From: Dipteris shenzhenensis
Taxonomy: Eukaryota
Reading direction: 5' to 3' (one strand)
NCBI GenBank assembly: GCA_047967505.1
Contig: CM106538.1
Length of the DNA: 64,000 nucleotides
The translations under genes were made by a program, and so were the position numbers. Each line of letters opens with the position of its first letter. The stretch's first letter is position 1. Below the pieces are notes generated by a model, which had not been told where the DNA came from, ran no database searches, and was given only the letters and a program-made list of their open reading frames with translations. Below, piece by piece: positions 61,667 through 64,000 of this stretch.

Positions 61667-64000
61667 CCTCTGCTCCACTCTCCTTCAAGCTTCGATTCCA
61701 CCTGTCACTTCTCTAAGTCCACTACTTTTCAGATCAGATTTCAGACATGGCTGATTCTGTAAATCCTGAGTTTGCGATGGGTGACCAGGATTTGAACTAC
61801 CCTGCGGAGGATGACCGGGGTCTCTACGACGATCTGATTACGAAGAAAGCCTTCAGTGAATTCACCACTGCTCTTGATGGAAAGTTTGAGCAAGTTAACG
61901 CAAATCAAACGGGGTTGACGCAGCAACTCCAAGGGATTCACACTACCCTCACACTTCTGACTAGCACTGTTCAGGCGCTCACGCATGTGGATGCCATGGC
62001 TTCAGTGTTAGGTCCGAACATCACTCCAGATCCTTTTCCCGGAGATCAGAAGTCTCGTACCAAGGAGGTTGTTGACACTTGGTTGCACAAGTGGCAAGTA
62101 CACTTCCAGTTTCACCCGTACCCAGATGACAAGAAAATACAGCTTGCAGCCGGGTTCATGTCAGGAAAGGCTTTATTGTGGTGGAAGGAACTCCAACCCA
62201 AGCCTGCAGCATGGATAGATTTCGAAGGGGTCTTCAGGAAAGAGTTTCTGAAGAAGGAGGAAGATTATGATATCGTAGGCAAGCTCAAAGCCCTCGATAT
62301 GTCCAAGCTGAACTTGACTTTTGAGGTTTATCTTCAGAGGTTTCGGGATTTGCAGACCAGAGCTACAAAGATGGATCCAATGACCTTGTTAGGTTTCTTT
62401 GTGGATGGTTTGCCTGACTCCTACAAGTTACAGATCAAGAACAACAAGTGTACCACGTTGCAAGAGGCCATGAATTACGCGCGTATTTATGATGATACCA
62501 TGGCCAGTGCAAAGGGAACCATAGTTTCCGACACGAGTGGGAAGAACAAACGGAAGTTCTTCCAGTCTACCACTGGTACCGGGGAGACGAAGTCTATAGA
62601 CAACGCCTCCAAGAAACACTTGACTCAGGCGAAGAATGGTCGAGCCCGTTTCCTTCGTACCTTGAAGCTAAAGAAGGAAGGACGTTGCTTCTTCTGCGAG
62701 GAGCGGAGCCACACTAAGAATGATTGTCCTAAGCGCAAGAACCAAAAGCAAGCGCTGGGACCGAAGCTCCAGGCGGGTCCGGGTACCAAAGCCAAGGGAG
62801 CTAATCAAGTTTCGATGACAGGTATTTCTGTAAATGTCATTACCTGCCCACTTTCTTGTGATTGCACTTTTAATACTTCGTTATTTGGTTCCCATGATCT
62901 TTTCGAAGTTTATGGAGAAGTTAGGGACCAAAGAGTTCACATTCTCTTTGACCCGGGCAGCTCTGACAATTTTGTCAATTACAAACTTGTGCAGAAGATG
63001 GGGCTGTCCACGATACCAAGCGATCACACCTATGAGGTGCAGCTTCCAGCTGGGAAGCAGTTTTGGGATCGCAAGATTAAAGCGCTTTCTATCCGGATTC
63101 AAGAATACACAGCGGCTCTTACGTGCTATGTTATGCACTTGGAGCATGTGGACTTCTTAATCAGAATAGAGTGGTTTAAAACCCATGATGTTCGGATTGG
63201 ATGGAAGGAACGTACTCTTTCTTTTTTAGATAAGGACACCCAATTTTGTATTCAGTGTGATAATATTCCCTCTTCTCAAGGACCTATTGTATCTGCAATG
63301 CAGCTTCGGAATATATTAAACACTTCTCATTATCATGTCTATCAATGTGTTTTGATTCTGCTTTCTTCATTTGTTGTCTCTGTTAATAACAAGAATGATT
63401 TAAGTGTGTTTGAACACCGTGAATTGAGAATGTTGTTAGATGATTTCATGGATGTACTCCCTGCTCAACTACCGGAAGGTCTACCTCCAGAACGGGCAGT
63501 TGATCATCGCATAGACTTAGTACCTGGGGCTCAACCTATTAGTGTTCCACCTTATAGGATGAGCCAGCTTGAGGAGGATGAGTTAGCTTAGCTTCACAAC
63601 TACATGATTACTTGAATATGGGCTATATTCGCCCAAGTAAATCACCTTGGGGGGCACCTGTGCTCTTAAGAAAGAAGAAAGATTCTACATGGAGAATGTG
63701 TATAGATTATAAATGATTGAATAAAGTGACAATTAAGAATCGATACCCTCTACCTCGTTCCGATGATCTAATAGACTGTTTGGCCGGAGCGAAGTATTTC
63801 ACTAAGATTGATTTGCGTACGGGTTATCACCAAATTCGTATCTATGCTAAACACATAGATAGAACCGCATTCCGAACTAGGTATGGCCACTACGAGTTTC
63901 TTGTATTACCTTTTGGTTTGACCAATGCTCTTGCCACCTTCCAGCAAATGATGAACGATTTGTTCCGAGATTTTCTGGGCAAATTCGTAGTGTTCTTAGA
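61667..64000 (+). mobile_element. Ty3/gypsy internal region (gag-PR-RT), continuing beyond the window
   Basis: ORF 61747-63591: Retrotrans_gag, CFFCEERSHTKNDC, LFDPGSSDNF, HRIDLVPG; then RT motifs [21 protein letters not shown]. Confidence 0.93.

Overview
Eukaryotic nuclear DNA from a land plant with a large, repeat-rich genome (fern-like by TE content; this is inference). One host gene is present on the minus strand: a RimM-family 16S rRNA-processing protein with a C-terminal extension, matching the plant RimM/nucleotide-diphospho-sugar-transferase-like architecture. Seven internal GT-AG exons (1274 bp, no stop codon, all phases compatible) lie between 52338 and 15089. Two introns are about 16.1 kb and 18.3 kb. 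The first and last exons were not identified and probably lie outside the window. Almost everything else is transposable-element DNA, often nested: four large L1/Tx1-like LINEs plus fragments, several Ty1/copia elements, two Ty3/gypsy elements, non-autonomous LTR elements and an intron-containing hAT transposase. Most unusual observations: (i) dense GTAC arrays in the 5' leaders of two copia elements and a LINE; (ii) a small LTR element whose 5' LTR appears to derive from a cryptic internal PPT; (iii) two inverted copies of one LINE family with complementary internal deletions; (iv) an extra globular domain at the end of a LINE ORF1; (v) an orphan Transposase_22-like ORF1. No prokaryotic-type system, CRISPR array, rRNA or tRNA gene was seen.
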